A stretch of 64,000 nucleotides of DNA from Verrucomicrobiota bacterium (GCA_039798785.1 JBDKFG010000009.1:1-64000), one strand, 5' to 3'; positions 8,859-22,067 are shown, numbered from the stretch's first letter. The notes: generated by a model not told the origin, from the sequence alone. Numbers and translations are program-made.

Positions 8859-9680
8859 ATGAACCATGACGCTGCCCCAGCCCCTCTCCTGCGCTTCAGC
8901 ATCGACGGCATGCTGCCGGTTTTCGGCAAAGGCCTGCTGAGGCCGCTCCGTCCCTTCCTCGACCGGATGCTCGGGCTCGACGGGCTCAACCGTCTCTACG
9001 GCGCCGGACTCGCCGGCCTCGGCTCCGATGCCTTCATTGACGGCATCCTCGCCCGGCTCGACTTGAAATTCGAGATCGATGACGCGAGCTTGGCGCGGAT
9101 ACCCGCCACGGGCCCGGTCCTGGCGATCGCCAACCACCCCTTGGGTGCCCTCGACGGCATCATCCTCAGCCGCATTCTCAAGCAGAGGCGCCAGGACGCG
9201 AAGGTGATGGCCAACGCCTTTCTCAACGCCCTTCCGGAAATCCGCGACGAGCTCATCCTGGTCGACAGCTTCCGCCGCGGCGCAGCCAACGGCAAGGGCT
9301 TGCGGCAATCGGTGGACTGGCTCAAATCCGGCCATTGCCTCGGCATGTTCCCCGCCGGAGCGGTGTCTCGTTTCGACTTGCGCGCCGGCGGCATCGCCGA
9401 CGCGGCCTGGAGTCCCGACGCCTTCCGGATCGCCAGGATGACCGGCGCCACGGTGGTCCCCCTGTGGTTCTCGGCTCGCAACTCGACGAGCTTCTACATT
9501 CTCGGCGCCCTGCATCCGATGCTGCGGACGATGATGCTGCCGAGAGAACTCGCCCGCCGGGGACAGCAGGTGCGGGTGCAGGCCGGAGCGGCGATCTCGC
9601 CGGAATTCCTGGCTCAGTTCGACAGTCCGGACTCCGGCGCGGCGGAGCTCCGGCGTCAGGTCGAAGCGGCCGGCAAGTGA
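8859..9680 (+). CDS. Lysophospholipid acyltransferase (PlsC-like); paralog of the N-terminal half of 42644-44425
   Basis: IANHPLGALDG (HX4D), MFPAGAVS; RBS aggaga before ATG 8859. Confidence 0.85.
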   Translation: MNHDAAPAPLLRFSIDGMLPVFGKGLLRPLRPFLDRMLGLDGLNRLYGAGLAGLGSDAFIDGILARLDLKFEIDDASLARIPATGPVLAIANHPLGALDGIILSRILKQRRQDAKVMANAFLNALPEIRDELILVDSFRRGAANGKGLRQSVDWLKSGHCLGMFPAGAVSRFDLRAGGIADAAWSPDAFRIARMTGATVVPLWFSARNSTSFYILGALHPMLRTMMLPRELARRGQQVRVQAGAAISPEFLAQFDSPDSGAAELRRQVEAAGK

Positions 9681-9712
9681 AGCCATGCGGGCACAAAAAA
9701 ACCTTCACGGAC

Positions 9713-9788
9713 TGGCAGGCGAGACAGGGGTCGAACCTGCGACCTACGGTTTTGGAGACCGACGCTCTGCCAACTGAGCTACTCGCCT
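9713..9788 (-). tRNA. tRNA-Trp (CCA)
   Basis: Reverse complement AGGCGAG TAGCTCAGTTGGCAGAGC GTCGGT CTCCAAA ACCG...GGTTCGACCCC..CTCGCCT GCCA; encoded CCA end. Confidence 0.97.
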
Positions 9789-9893
9789 AAATCCGGTGAA
9801 GGAGCCGCATATTAAGGCCGCCTGCGCCAAAATCAAAGGCTCAGCGCTTGGAAATTAGAGGGGAATCGGGCAGAAATTTCAAAGGTTCAGTGT

Positions 9894-10733
<840 letters not shown>

Positions 10734-10792
10734 GAGGCTTCATAGTTTGAGGTTCAAATTGAAGAGCGGTCCGATCGGAGCGGGAAAGCGGG

Positions 10793-11512
10793 TCAGTGCG
10801 GAATGTAAAGGATCATGCCGCAGTTGGAGCAGCGGGAGTCGACGGCGCCGCGGCGGGCTTGCTGCAGGTCGCCGCTGGTGACCTTGAGGTGGCAGCCGCC
10901 GCAATTTTCGCCTTCCAGCGGGACGACGACGGGGCGTTGGGCGTCCTTGTTGTGGCGAAGCGACTGGTAATGTTCAAGGACTTCCGGAGAGATCTTCTGG
11001 CGCAGCTCGGCGCAATGCGACTCCTCCTCTTTCAGTGCGGCGGTGGCGGCGACCAGGGCGTCTTTGATCTCGGTGTTGCCGTTTTCGACCTGGGCGATGG
11101 CCGATTTGAGGGCGTTTTTGGCCTCCAGCTCGGCCGCCTTGAGAGCATCGATCCTCTCCATGTTTTCCAGGGCCCGGGTTTCGGCGGCGGAGATGCGGGC
11201 GTCGCAGGCGGCGGCCTCGCTGAGCAGGGCGTTGTAGGCCTGGACGTCCTTCACCTTGCTCGAGTCGTTGAGATATTTCACCTTGGCGGCGCGGCCCTGA
11301 TCGGCGTCCATGTTGGCGGTGTTGAGGGCGATTTCCGCCTGGCGCAAATCCTCCCGGGTCTTGAGGAGCGTCTGTTCTCGCGGCATGAGGAGGCGTTCCT
11401 GCAGATCCTTGCGGCGCTTCGGGGCCTCGGCGATGCGGGTCCGGAGACGGGCCAGGCGCATTTCGGCTTCTTGAAGTTCGAGGAGGGGAGGCAGCCAAGG
11501 GGTCTCGTTCAT
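10793..11512 (-). CDS. Coiled-coil protein with C-terminal C4 zinc ribbon (DUF164/CT398-like)
   Basis: LLELQ N-terminus, long coiled coil, CGGCH...CSNCGMILY. Confidence 0.85.
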   Translation of the reverse strand: MNETPWLPPLLELQEAEMRLARLRTRIAEAPKRRKDLQERLLMPREQTLLKTREDLRQAEIALNTANMDADQGRAAKVKYLNDSSKVKDVQAYNALLSEAAACDARISAAETRALENMERIDALKAAELEAKNALKSAIAQVENGNTEIKDALVAATAALKEEESHCAELRQKISPEVLEHYQSLRHNKDAQRPVVVPLEGENCGGCHLKVTSGDLQQARRGAVDSRCSNCGMILYIPH

Positions 11513-11642
11513 GAATTTTCTCCGGGCCGGAATGGCACTTCCTCACAGTAAGTGCAAGAATCGTCATGGACTAGCCCCTTGGAAATGATTGCTTGAACGC
11601 TAAGTTGCGGCCATTCAAAACCCCAGCACCCAAGGCTTCATC

Positions 11643-12527
11643 ATGCAAATCCGCGTTCTCGCCGCCGCCCTCTCCCTGATCTTCGCCGCCTCCTGCAGAG
11701 AGGTCAAGCTCGACGAGACCGTCGCACAGGTCAAAACGCTGGTCGACAACAAGAGCTGGCCGGAAGCCGAGCTCGCGATGAAGCCCCTGCTCGACGACAC
11801 CAAGCTGATGGAAGCTCATCCCCGCCTCAACGCTCTCGCCTACCTGGTCAAGTCGGAGAACAAGTCCACCGATGCCGAGTTCTACCTCGGCAAAGTCAAG
11901 GATTCCGCCGACCCCGCCATGCTCGGCTTCCTCGCCCGCCACTATTTCGACCAGAAAGACTACGTCAACGCCGCCCTCTACTACAAAAACGTCTTCGACG
12001 TCAATCCCAGCGCCGACGCCCTGAAGATGCTGATCCTCTCCGACTACCTGCGCAGCGGCGCCGACATCGAGGGCTTCGTCCGCAGCAACGGCGAAGGCTT
12101 GAAAACCCTCAAGGCCTCCAGCATCCGCAGTGCCGAATATCACAACCTGCTGGCCATCGACGGCTTTTACAATGACCCCAGCAACAAGGGCGCGATTCAG
12201 TTGAACCTTTACAAGGCCAAGGCCGCCGGCCAGGACCATTATGAAACCCTGCTCAACATGGCCGTCATCGAAGACGCCGTCAACAAACGCTACGGTTCGG
12301 CCGAACGCTTCTACAACGAATATCTCGCCGCCGCCGGCAACAATGTCTCCCCCGACCTGAAAGCTCAAATCGACGCCCGCCTGATCAAGCTCAAGGCGCT
12401 CAACAAGCCGGTCGTCAAGACCCCGGTCAAGTCGACCAAGACCCCGGTCAAGTCGACCAAGACCCCGGTCAAGTCGACCAAGACCCCGGTCAAGTCGAGC
12501 ACCAAACCCAAGACCAGCAGCCGCTGA
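11643..12527 (+). CDS. Helical (TPR-like) lipoprotein with C-terminal Lys/Thr-rich repeat tail
   Basis: Lipobox FAASC; helical repeats; (KTPVKST)4 tail. Confidence 0.7.
   Translation: MQIRVLAAALSLIFAASCREVKLDETVAQVKTLVDNKSWPEAELAMKPLLDDTKLMEAHPRLNALAYLVKSENKSTDAEFYLGKVKDSADPAMLGFLARHYFDQKDYVNAALYYKNVFDVNPSADALKMLILSDYLRSGADIEGFVRSNGEGLKTLKASSIRSAEYHNLLAIDGFYNDPSNKGAIQLNLYKAKAAGQDHYETLLNMAVIEDAVNKRYGSAERFYNEYLAAAGNNVSPDLKAQIDARLIKLKALNKPVVKTPVKSTKTPVKSTKTPVKSTKTPVKSSTKPKTSSR
12417..12500 (+). repeat. 21-bp coding tandem repeat x4
   Basis: aagaccccggtcaagtcgacc repeated four times (last copy ends ...tcgagc). Confidence 0.95.
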
Positions 12528-12548
12528 TTCCGGCTCGCGTCGCCAATC

Positions 12549-14384
12549 ATGGACGACGGCTTCAAGAACCAGGTCCTCGAACGAACTGACATCGTCGACC
12601 TGGTTCGTTCTTTTGGCGTCGTGGTCCGCAAATCGGGCCAGAACTACACCGCCCTCTGCCCCTTCCACAAAGAGAAATCCCCCTCCTTCAGCCTCAATCC
12701 GGGCAAGGGCTTTTTCCACTGTTTCGGCTGCCAGGCCTCGGGCACCCAGATCGATTTCGTCATGCGGCACGAGAACATGGATTTCCTCGGCGCCCTGCAC
12801 TTCCTCGCCCGCCGCGCCGGCGTCGCCATCCCCGAGCGCCACAGCTCGCCCCAGGAGGCCGCGGCCGCCCAGGCCGCCCGCAGTGAGAAGCAGAAGATCC
12901 TCGAACTGCTCGAAGACGCCTGCCGCTACTTCGAAGGCCAGCTCCGCCGTCCCGAGCACGCCGCCGCCCTCGCCTACGCGCAATCGCGCGGGCTCGACGA
13001 AGAGGCCCTGAAGAAATTCCGTGTCGGCTGGGCTCCTGACTCCTACGACGCCATCCTCCGCTGGGGCAGCGCCCTCAATCACCCGCAGGAGCTGCTGATC
13101 AAGGCCGGCCTGCTCAAGATCAACGAAGAAAAACGCAGCGTCTACGACCTCTTCCGCGGCCGCCTGATGTTCCCGATCTGGGATGACGAAGGCCGCGTCG
13201 TCGCCTTCAGCGGCCGCATCATTGTCGAGGACAAGAACGTCGGCAAGTACATCAACAGCCCGGAATCGCCGGTCTTCACCAAGAGCCTGCTGCTCTACGG
13301 CTACAACCTGGCGCGCAAGAACATGCAGGGAGAGCAGGGAGCCCTGATCTGCGAAGGCCAGATGGACGTCATCGCCTGCCACCGCGCCGGCCTCAGCCAT
13401 GCCGTGGCACCGCTCGGCACCGCCCTCACCGAGGAACACGTCCGCAAGCTCCGCCGCGCCGCCAAGGGCGCCACCCTCTGCTTCGACGCCGACCCCGCCG
13501 GTCTCCGCGCCGCCAAACGATCCCTCGGCCTCCTCCTCGGCGCCGGCCTCCCTGCCCGGGTGATCACCATCCCCGCCGGCAAGGATCCCGACGAAATCCT
13601 CCGCAAACAAGGCTCCGAAGCCTTGCGGGACGCGGTCCGGAACAGCCGCGACTGCCTCGACTTCCTTGCTGAACAATTGCGCAAGGAGCATGGTGACAAT
13701 ACCAGCGGACGCGCCGCTGCCGGCAACGAGGCGATGGAGCTGCTCAGCGCCATTCCCGACCCGATCCTGCTCTCCAGCATGCTGCAGGACATCGCCGAAC
13801 GCCTCCATCTCGATCCGCGCGCCCTCCAAGACGGCCTGCGCAAGCGCCACGCCCAGGAGCGCAGCCGCGAACGGCGGCAACAGACCCAGTCACCCGCAGC
13901 GCCGCCGCCTCCCGAGTCTGGCGCCGCCCATGCTCCGCAAGGGCCGCCGCCGCCGCCCGAAGCCCCGCCCGACGCGGAATCCGGCGTCGAACTGATCCTC
14001 CTCCAGATCGCCTTGGCCAGCGAAGATCTCGCCCACGAATTGGCCGAGGTCCTCCCGGCCGGCGGCTTGAGCTCCAACCCCTCGGGCACGGCCCTCAACT
14101 ACGTCCTTTCCCTGGTCCATGCCGGCGATTGGGCCGCCGCCGCCCAGGCGGCCCTCGCCCGCTTCAAGACCTCGCCCTCCGTGATGAAGGCCTTGGCCAT
14201 GCCGGAATACAGTGCTTCGACCAGCCAGGAAATCCTCCGCAAGGCCGCCGCCGACTGCCTCTCCAAACGACTCAGCCTGACCCGCGAACGTCGCGCCCGC
14301 GAAATCATGAACGAACTCAAACGCCCCGGCGCCGACGCCAAGGCTTTGCTGGCCGAATTGCAGAAGCTCAAGGCGATGAAATGA
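12549..14384 (+). CDS. dnaG: DNA primase
   Basis: CPFHKEKSPSF..HCFGC zinc finger, FRGRLMFPI, KYINSPE, EGQMDV, CFDAD.AG, KDPD. Confidence 0.97.
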   Translation: MDDGFKNQVLERTDIVDLVRSFGVVVRKSGQNYTALCPFHKEKSPSFSLNPGKGFFHCFGCQASGTQIDFVMRHENMDFLGALHFLARRAGVAIPERHSSPQEAAAAQAARSEKQKILELLEDACRYFEGQLRRPEHAAALAYAQSRGLDEEALKKFRVGWAPDSYDAILRWGSALNHPQELLIKAGLLKINEEKRSVYDLFRGRLMFPIWDDEGRVVAFSGRIIVEDKNVGKYINSPESPVFTKSLLLYGYNLARKNMQGEQGALICEGQMDVIACHRAGLSHAVAPLGTALTEEHVRKLRRAAKGATLCFDADPAGLRAAKRSLGLLLGAGLPARVITIPAGKDPDEILRKQGSEALRDAVRNSRDCLDFLAEQLRKEHGDNTSGRAAAGNEAMELLSAIPDPILLSSMLQDIAERLHLDPRALQDGLRKRHAQERSRERRQQTQSPAAPPPPESGAAHAPQGPPPPPEAPPDAESGVELILLQIALASEDLAHELAEVLPAGGLSSNPSGTALNYVLSLVHAGDWAAAAQAALARFKTSPSVMKALAMPEYSASTSQEILRKAAADCLSKRLSLTRERRAREIMNELKRPGADAKALLAELQKLKAMK

Positions 14385-14450
14385 GGGGCTTGACGTGGCC
14401 GAAGTGTCGCTTCGGTTCCATCTGTCAAACCATGGAGTGCGATTTCTAGG

Positions 14451-15092
14451 ATGCCCCTCCCTTCCCAATCCATCGACCATCCTTGTCGCGGCCGCTTCAA
14501 CGCGGCGCTGCTCGGTGCCCTCGACGGTTATCTGCACCGACACTACCGCGAGCGCAAGCAGAAACTCCTTGGCGCTCTCGAAGGCACCCTGGTCGAACTC
14601 GGTCCCGGCGCCGGCGCCAATCTGCGCTACCTGCCCCGCGGCAGCCGATTGATCGCGATCGAACCCAACCTGCGGATGCACCCGGCGCTGCGGCGTCGCG
14701 CTGAAGAATGCGGCATTGAAGTCGACCTGCGGACTCTCCGGGGCGAGTCCATGGATCTCCCCGACGCCTCGGTCGACACGGTCTTCGCCACCCTTGTGCT
14801 ATGCAGTGTCGGCGATCCCGCAGCGGTGCTCGCCGAGGTGAAGCGGGTGCTGCGTCCCGGCGGCCGCTTCCTCTGTCTTGAGCATGTCCGTGCCGAAACC
14901 GGAGCGCTGCGGCCGCTGCAAAGCCTTCTCCGCCCCGGCTGGCGCTGGCTTTTCGAAGGCTGTGATCTCTGCCGCGATACGGGCTCCCTGCTGCGGCAGG
15001 CCGGATTCGCCGAGCTCGACATCGAGACTTTCGCCCTGCCGACGCTCTTTCTGCCTCTGCGGCCGCAGATCCAGGCTCTTTGCCGGAAGTGA
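14451..15092 (+). CDS. Class I SAM-dependent methyltransferase
   Basis: VELGPGAG, IEPN, LVLCSV, RVLRPGG..LEH. Confidence 0.9.
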   Translation: MPLPSQSIDHPCRGRFNAALLGALDGYLHRHYRERKQKLLGALEGTLVELGPGAGANLRYLPRGSRLIAIEPNLRMHPALRRRAEECGIEVDLRTLRGESMDLPDASVDTVFATLVLCSVGDPAAVLAEVKRVLRPGGRFLCLEHVRAETGALRPLQSLLRPGWRWLFEGCDLCRDTGSLLRQAGFAELDIETFALPTLFLPLRPQIQALCRK

Positions 15093-15247
15093 TCCGCCCG
15101 GTCCCGAAGCCTAAAATCCGCAGTCGAATAGGAGTCGGCCCGGGTTCGATGCCGCTGCTGCGGAATCCAGGCTGAACGGGCCTTCGGGATCGCGATGTCA
15201 AAAGAGGCAGCCTGCGCTAAGCTGCAGGGGAATCAACACCAGCCCTT

Positions 15248-15685
15248 GTGAGCCGCATGAACATTTTCGATTTCAAACTGAGTCGAGCCTTGCCGATCAT
15301 CGGCTCGATTTTGATCTTCAGCCTGGCGTCGTGCTCATCAATGACGCATTTGGACGGTGAGGAATTCCTCCGGCAGGCCGAACAGGCTCGCGAGCACAAC
15401 AGCGCTCATGATACGGTCTATGTCGGGCATTCCTCTCGCCGAGCCTATCTCGAGCATTGGAGTTCGTGGGCTTTTTGGCGCAGGGACAACATCGCCGTCT
15501 ACTGGACCCACATGCAGGATCTGCCGCCCGAGGTCGCGTCACGACTTCGGCGCGGAGAAAATCCTTGGAAGATCGAGCCGGAAGTCGCCCAAGGGATCTT
15601 GAGGCCCGACTCAATCCTGGGCCAGGAACTAGGAGCTGGAGTTCGCCTTGGCCGCGATCTTCCCGAACCCGCCACCCGCAAGTAA
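15248..15685 (+). CDS. Hypothetical lipoprotein
   Basis: Signal peptide with LASC lipobox; start uncertain. Confidence 0.6.
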   Translation: MSRMNIFDFKLSRALPIIGSILIFSLASCSSMTHLDGEEFLRQAEQAREHNSAHDTVYVGHSSRRAYLEHWSSWAFWRRDNIAVYWTHMQDLPPEVASRLRRGENPWKIEPEVAQGILRPDSILGQELGAGVRLGRDLPEPATRK

Positions 15686-15700
15686 ACCCCGAGCCCTCTC

Positions 15701-17131
15701 ATGCACCAGCTCATCACCTCTCTCCTGCTCGCTTGCGCCCCGGCACCTGCTGCGGAGCCGACGCCCCCCCCTCCCGAGAAAGTCAGCGGAATCAACGCCG
15801 CGCCTCTCTGGGAGCATCGCGACCGCGACGGAGCGCCGGTTTATCGCCGCGGCCTCGGGCCGGTCTACGAGGACATGCGACTGCCCGACGGGCGTCGCCG
15901 CGTCGCCCTGCGTCCCCTCTGGGCCTACGAAGACATGGGGCGGGGACGCGAGGCGCAGGATTTCGTCTGGCCGCTCGGGATGTGGCGCCGCAATCTCGAA
16001 AACGAATGGGGCTGGTACGGCCTCTTCTGGTTCAGCTCCGATCCGGTGCCGGGGGCCGAGCGCAGCGGCACTGCTCGCTGGCTGATGCCCTTCTGGTTCC
16101 AGGGGCGCTACCATGCCGGCGGCGACTATTACGGCCTGTTCCCCCTCTGGGGCCACATCGGCGACTGCCTCGGCTACGACGACATCGACTTCAAGCTCTT
16201 CCCTCTGCGTCTGAGCACCCGTCGCGCCGGCGCCGTCACCTCCTCCTGGCTCTGGCCGATCTTCTCTTCCACCGAGGCGCCGAAAGAGCAGGCCCGTCGC
16301 GTCTTCCCCTTCTGGCTTCACTCGGTCCGCCCCGGCGAGCGCGAACAGACCAGCATCCTCTGGCCCTTCTGGCACTCGGGCCACAGCCTTGACCCGGAGA
16401 AGCCCGGCGAGTGGTATTTCCTCTTCCCCTTCTACGGCCGCAGCAGCCTGCACGACCAGGACGCCGAGACCTGGCTCTGGCCGTTCTTCTCCGACACCGC
16501 AGGCGAGAAGCGCGACCGCAGCGCCACCCCCTGGCCCTTCCGCGTCTCAGAAGAGAGGAGGGACGGCAAGGAGACGCTCAACACCGAGTGGTATTGGCCC
16601 TTCTGGATGAAGAGCGACTCCCCCAGCTACGAGAGACGCGCCGTCCTCTGGCCGATCTGCCAATGGGAAGAGGTCAAGCGCAAGGGAGGCATCCAGGACT
16701 CGCGCTTCTGGCTGTTGCCCTTCTGGTGGAGCTTCGACACCCGCGACAAGGAGGGCGCACCCATCGCGTCGTACCGGCAGTTCTGGCCTCTGGCTTCGCA
16801 AGACCGTCGCGGCAGCGCCTCGGAGACCAAGGTCCTTACGCTCTGGCCCTTCCGCGGCGACACCGCGGTGCAGCGCAACTGGGCCCCCCTCTGGACCCTG
16901 TGGTACCGCTACGACTCGCCGGAGAAAAAGCGCAGCGACTTCCTTTGGGGCCTGTATCAACGCGAGGAGGAAGCCAAGACCGGCCGCCACGCCACCCGCA
17001 TCTTCCCCCTGGCCTCATGGGGAGGCGAGACCGCCGCTGGCGGCGACCACTCGATCCTTCTCGGTCTCTGGGCCAGGGAAGGCAAGATGCGCCGCCTCCT
17101 CTGGGGCATCACCTGGGAAGCAGCGGACTGA
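15701..17131 (+). CDS. Exported Trp/Pro/Phe-rich repeat protein
   Basis: Signal peptide; recurring LWPF/FPFW/LWPI/FPLW motifs at roughly 18-25-aa spacing. Confidence 0.75.
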   Translation: MHQLITSLLLACAPAPAAEPTPPPPEKVSGINAAPLWEHRDRDGAPVYRRGLGPVYEDMRLPDGRRRVALRPLWAYEDMGRGREAQDFVWPLGMWRRNLENEWGWYGLFWFSSDPVPGAERSGTARWLMPFWFQGRYHAGGDYYGLFPLWGHIGDCLGYDDIDFKLFPLRLSTRRAGAVTSSWLWPIFSSTEAPKEQARRVFPFWLHSVRPGEREQTSILWPFWHSGHSLDPEKPGEWYFLFPFYGRSSLHDQDAETWLWPFFSDTAGEKRDRSATPWPFRVSEERRDGKETLNTEWYWPFWMKSDSPSYERRAVLWPICQWEEVKRKGGIQDSRFWLLPFWWSFDTRDKEGAPIASYRQFWPLASQDRRGSASETKVLTLWPFRGDTAVQRNWAPLWTLWYRYDSPEKKRSDFLWGLYQREEEAKTGRHATRIFPLASWGGETAAGGDHSILLGLWAREGKMRRLLWGITWEAAD

Positions 17132-17187
17132 GGAAGGCGACTTCCGCAAGCACTCTCGGGCAAGGCGCTGCTTACTTCATGAAGTGC

Positions 17188-17214
17188 AACAGGCCGGAGG
17201 ATTCCGGCCTGTTT
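17188..17214. terminator. Intrinsic terminator hairpin between convergent genes
   Basis: aacaggccgga-ggat-tccggcctgtt-t. Confidence 0.65.
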
Positions 17215-17292
17215 CATTCGGCTTGCGCAGCTTGGTGCTCTTCGTGGTGAATTTTGCGCTCAACGCGACCCACTCAAGATTGTGCCCAATCG

Positions 17293-17850
17293 TTAAGACA
17301 GGTTGTAGATCACGGCTTGGCGACGCCCTGCTGCATGTTCAAAAAATGACTTCACCTCGACAAGAGCATTCGTGACATAGCCAATGCATTCTTCCTTGGG
17401 TTCATCCCAAATCGAAGGATACAGGTCTTTGGCTTTGAAGTCGGCAGGGTCAGCCAGTTCATAAAGCCTCTCCGGATCAATGTCGATAAACGCTTTATGA
17501 ATTTCCTGGACCTCCTCGACTGACAGGAGCGCGGCAATATCTTGACGCTTAAAGGAGGTTCCTCTGAGCATAAACGCCAAAGGGTGAGTGTCGTCCACGG
17601 ATTCTTTGGTCGATTTTCCGGTCAGCAGGAAATGCACCCCGTCCCAAGCCTTGTCGATGTAGAGGTCTTCGATCGGCCCAGGGTGCCAGGGATCAGGCGG
17701 GGTTTCCTTGGCGCCGAAGAGCCTGGCGAATAAGCCGGGTTTGTAGGGCATTGGCGGCTGACCGAGGACATGGCCCAGTCGTTGGGGATGTGCCAAGATG
17801 GCCTCGGCATCCTTGGCGGAAAGGGCGTAGAAGGACATCACCATGCCCAT
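17293..17850 (-). CDS. YfbM/DUF1877 family protein
   Basis: MGMVMSFY start just after the tgt stop; IDKAWDGVHFLLTG, LYPSIW, FF..AA. Confidence 0.85.
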   Translation of the reverse strand: MGMVMSFYALSAKDAEAILAHPQRLGHVLGQPPMPYKPGLFARLFGAKETPPDPWHPGPIEDLYIDKAWDGVHFLLTGKSTKESVDDTHPLAFMLRGTSFKRQDIAALLSVEEVQEIHKAFIDIDPERLYELADPADFKAKDLYPSIWDEPKEECIGYVTNALVEVKSFFEHAAGRRQAVIYNLS

Positions 17851-17855
17851 GCGAA

Positions 17856-20533
<2,678 letters not shown>

Positions 20534-20630
20534 TTGAAAGCTCGAAAGGCGAGCAGCCGGCATCGGGGCGCAGCGACTCAATTTTCGCATCAAACCCTCC
20601 AACCTCCAACCCTCCAACCTCTTCTTGATC

Positions 20631-21749
20631 ATGCCTGACTCCGAAAAAATCGATCTCCTGGTCTCTTGCGGTGGTACCGGTGGCCACTTCTATCCCGGGC
20701 TGGCCGTAGCCCGCGAAGCACTGCGCCGGGGCCATGCCGTGCGCCTCTACCTCGGCGGCAAGCACGCCGACGGCCAGTCCCGCCTCGCTGCTGGTTATGG
20801 GCTCGGCGCCGACGCCACCTTTGCGCCGCCCTTGCCGCGGGGAGCGATCCAGGCCCTGCTTTTCCCCTTCCGCTTCACCGCCGCGACCTGGCGCTGCTGG
20901 CGCTACCTCGGCCGCCGCCGGCCGCGCGCTTTGCTCGCGATGGGCTCCTTTGCCGGTGTTCCCCTTTGCCTGGCGGCGCGCTTCCGCGGCATCCCCGTGC
21001 ACCTGCATGAGGGCAATACCATCGTCGGCCGTGCCAACCGCCTGGTTTCCCGCTGGGCCACCCATCTCCATCTTGGATTCCCGATCCTCAATGCCTCCGC
21101 CGTCCGCTGTCCGAGTTCGGTCACCGGCATGCCATTGCGCCCCGAGCTCTGTGCCGCCCGCGACGGCGCCCGCCCGGCGGAATGGCGCGCCCGCCTTGGG
21201 CTCGATCCCGAAATCCCCCTTCTGCTCGCCTTCGGCGGCTCCCTCGGCGCGGCAAAGGTGAACACCGCCGTCGCCGAAGCCGCAGCGTCGATGCAGAGCC
21301 GCGGTCTCCGCTTCCAGCTCATCCACCTCACCGGCCAGGACGATAATGCCGCTTTGATTGAAGCTTACACCGCTGCCGGTGTCAAAGCCTTGGTGAAGAA
21401 GTCCCATGAAGCGATGGCGGAATACCTCCAGGCAGCAGACCTCGTCACCTGTCGCGCTGGCGGTTCCTCCCTGGCTGAACTCAGCTATTTCGGCCGCGCC
21501 GCGGTCTTCGTTCCGCTCGCCATCGCTGCCGACGGTCACCAGCTCGCCAATGCCCGCCACGGCTGCTCCAGCGGCGGCGGCTTCATCGTCACCGAGGATG
21601 AGCTCAGCGGGGAGGCCCTGCTCCGCCATCTCCAGCCGCTGCTGGCTGATCCCGCTTCGGCGGCGGCTGCCGCCGAAGCGATGCGACTTCTCGGGGTCGA
21701 ACGCTCGGCCGAAAAGGTCTGCGACGCCTTGATGGCCGCTCCCGGCTAA
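20631..21749 (+). CDS. murG: Lipid II GlcNAc transferase
   Basis: GGTGGHFYPG, HEGN..G.ANR, GMPLR, GGSLGA, CRAGGS, HQ..NA. Confidence 0.93.
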   Translation: MPDSEKIDLLVSCGGTGGHFYPGLAVAREALRRGHAVRLYLGGKHADGQSRLAAGYGLGADATFAPPLPRGAIQALLFPFRFTAATWRCWRYLGRRRPRALLAMGSFAGVPLCLAARFRGIPVHLHEGNTIVGRANRLVSRWATHLHLGFPILNASAVRCPSSVTGMPLRPELCAARDGARPAEWRARLGLDPEIPLLLAFGGSLGAAKVNTAVAEAAASMQSRGLRFQLIHLTGQDDNAALIEAYTAAGVKALVKKSHEAMAEYLQAADLVTCRAGGSSLAELSYFGRAAVFVPLAIAADGHQLANARHGCSSGGGFIVTEDELSGEALLRHLQPLLADPASAAAAAEAMRLLGVERSAEKVCDALMAAPG

Positions 21750-21840
21750 AGACCGCCGGAAAGCTGAGCCTCGTATCCCGGGCGCCGCACCAGCCACGCA
21801 GGAACCCCATGCGAGAAGATTCCGATCTGGCTTTCGGCGC

Positions 21841-21974
21841 ATTCAACCTGGATTCCGAAGTTGAGCTTGGGCTCAGCTTCCGAATCCAGGATTCAAGATT
21901 CAAGATTCAAGATTGAAAAATCCGCTGAGGAATCAGCCGTTGTCGATCTTCAACTTCGGAATCCAGGTTCAATG
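21841..21974. repeat. Palindromic intergenic repeat with (gattcaa)n heptamer run; related copy at 45603-45671
   Basis: attcaacctggattccgaagttgag (from 21841) is the reverse complement of ttcaacttcggaatccaggttcaat (about 21949-21973); three gattcaa heptamers at about 21889-21911. Confidence 0.7.
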
Positions 21975-22067
21975 AGGTGCCTCGCAGGGGCGAGATGCAA
22001 AGTTGCCACGATTACGCACTGGGCGTGGCGATGGTAATTTCGCGACGCCGAAACCGGGGCAACTGGG

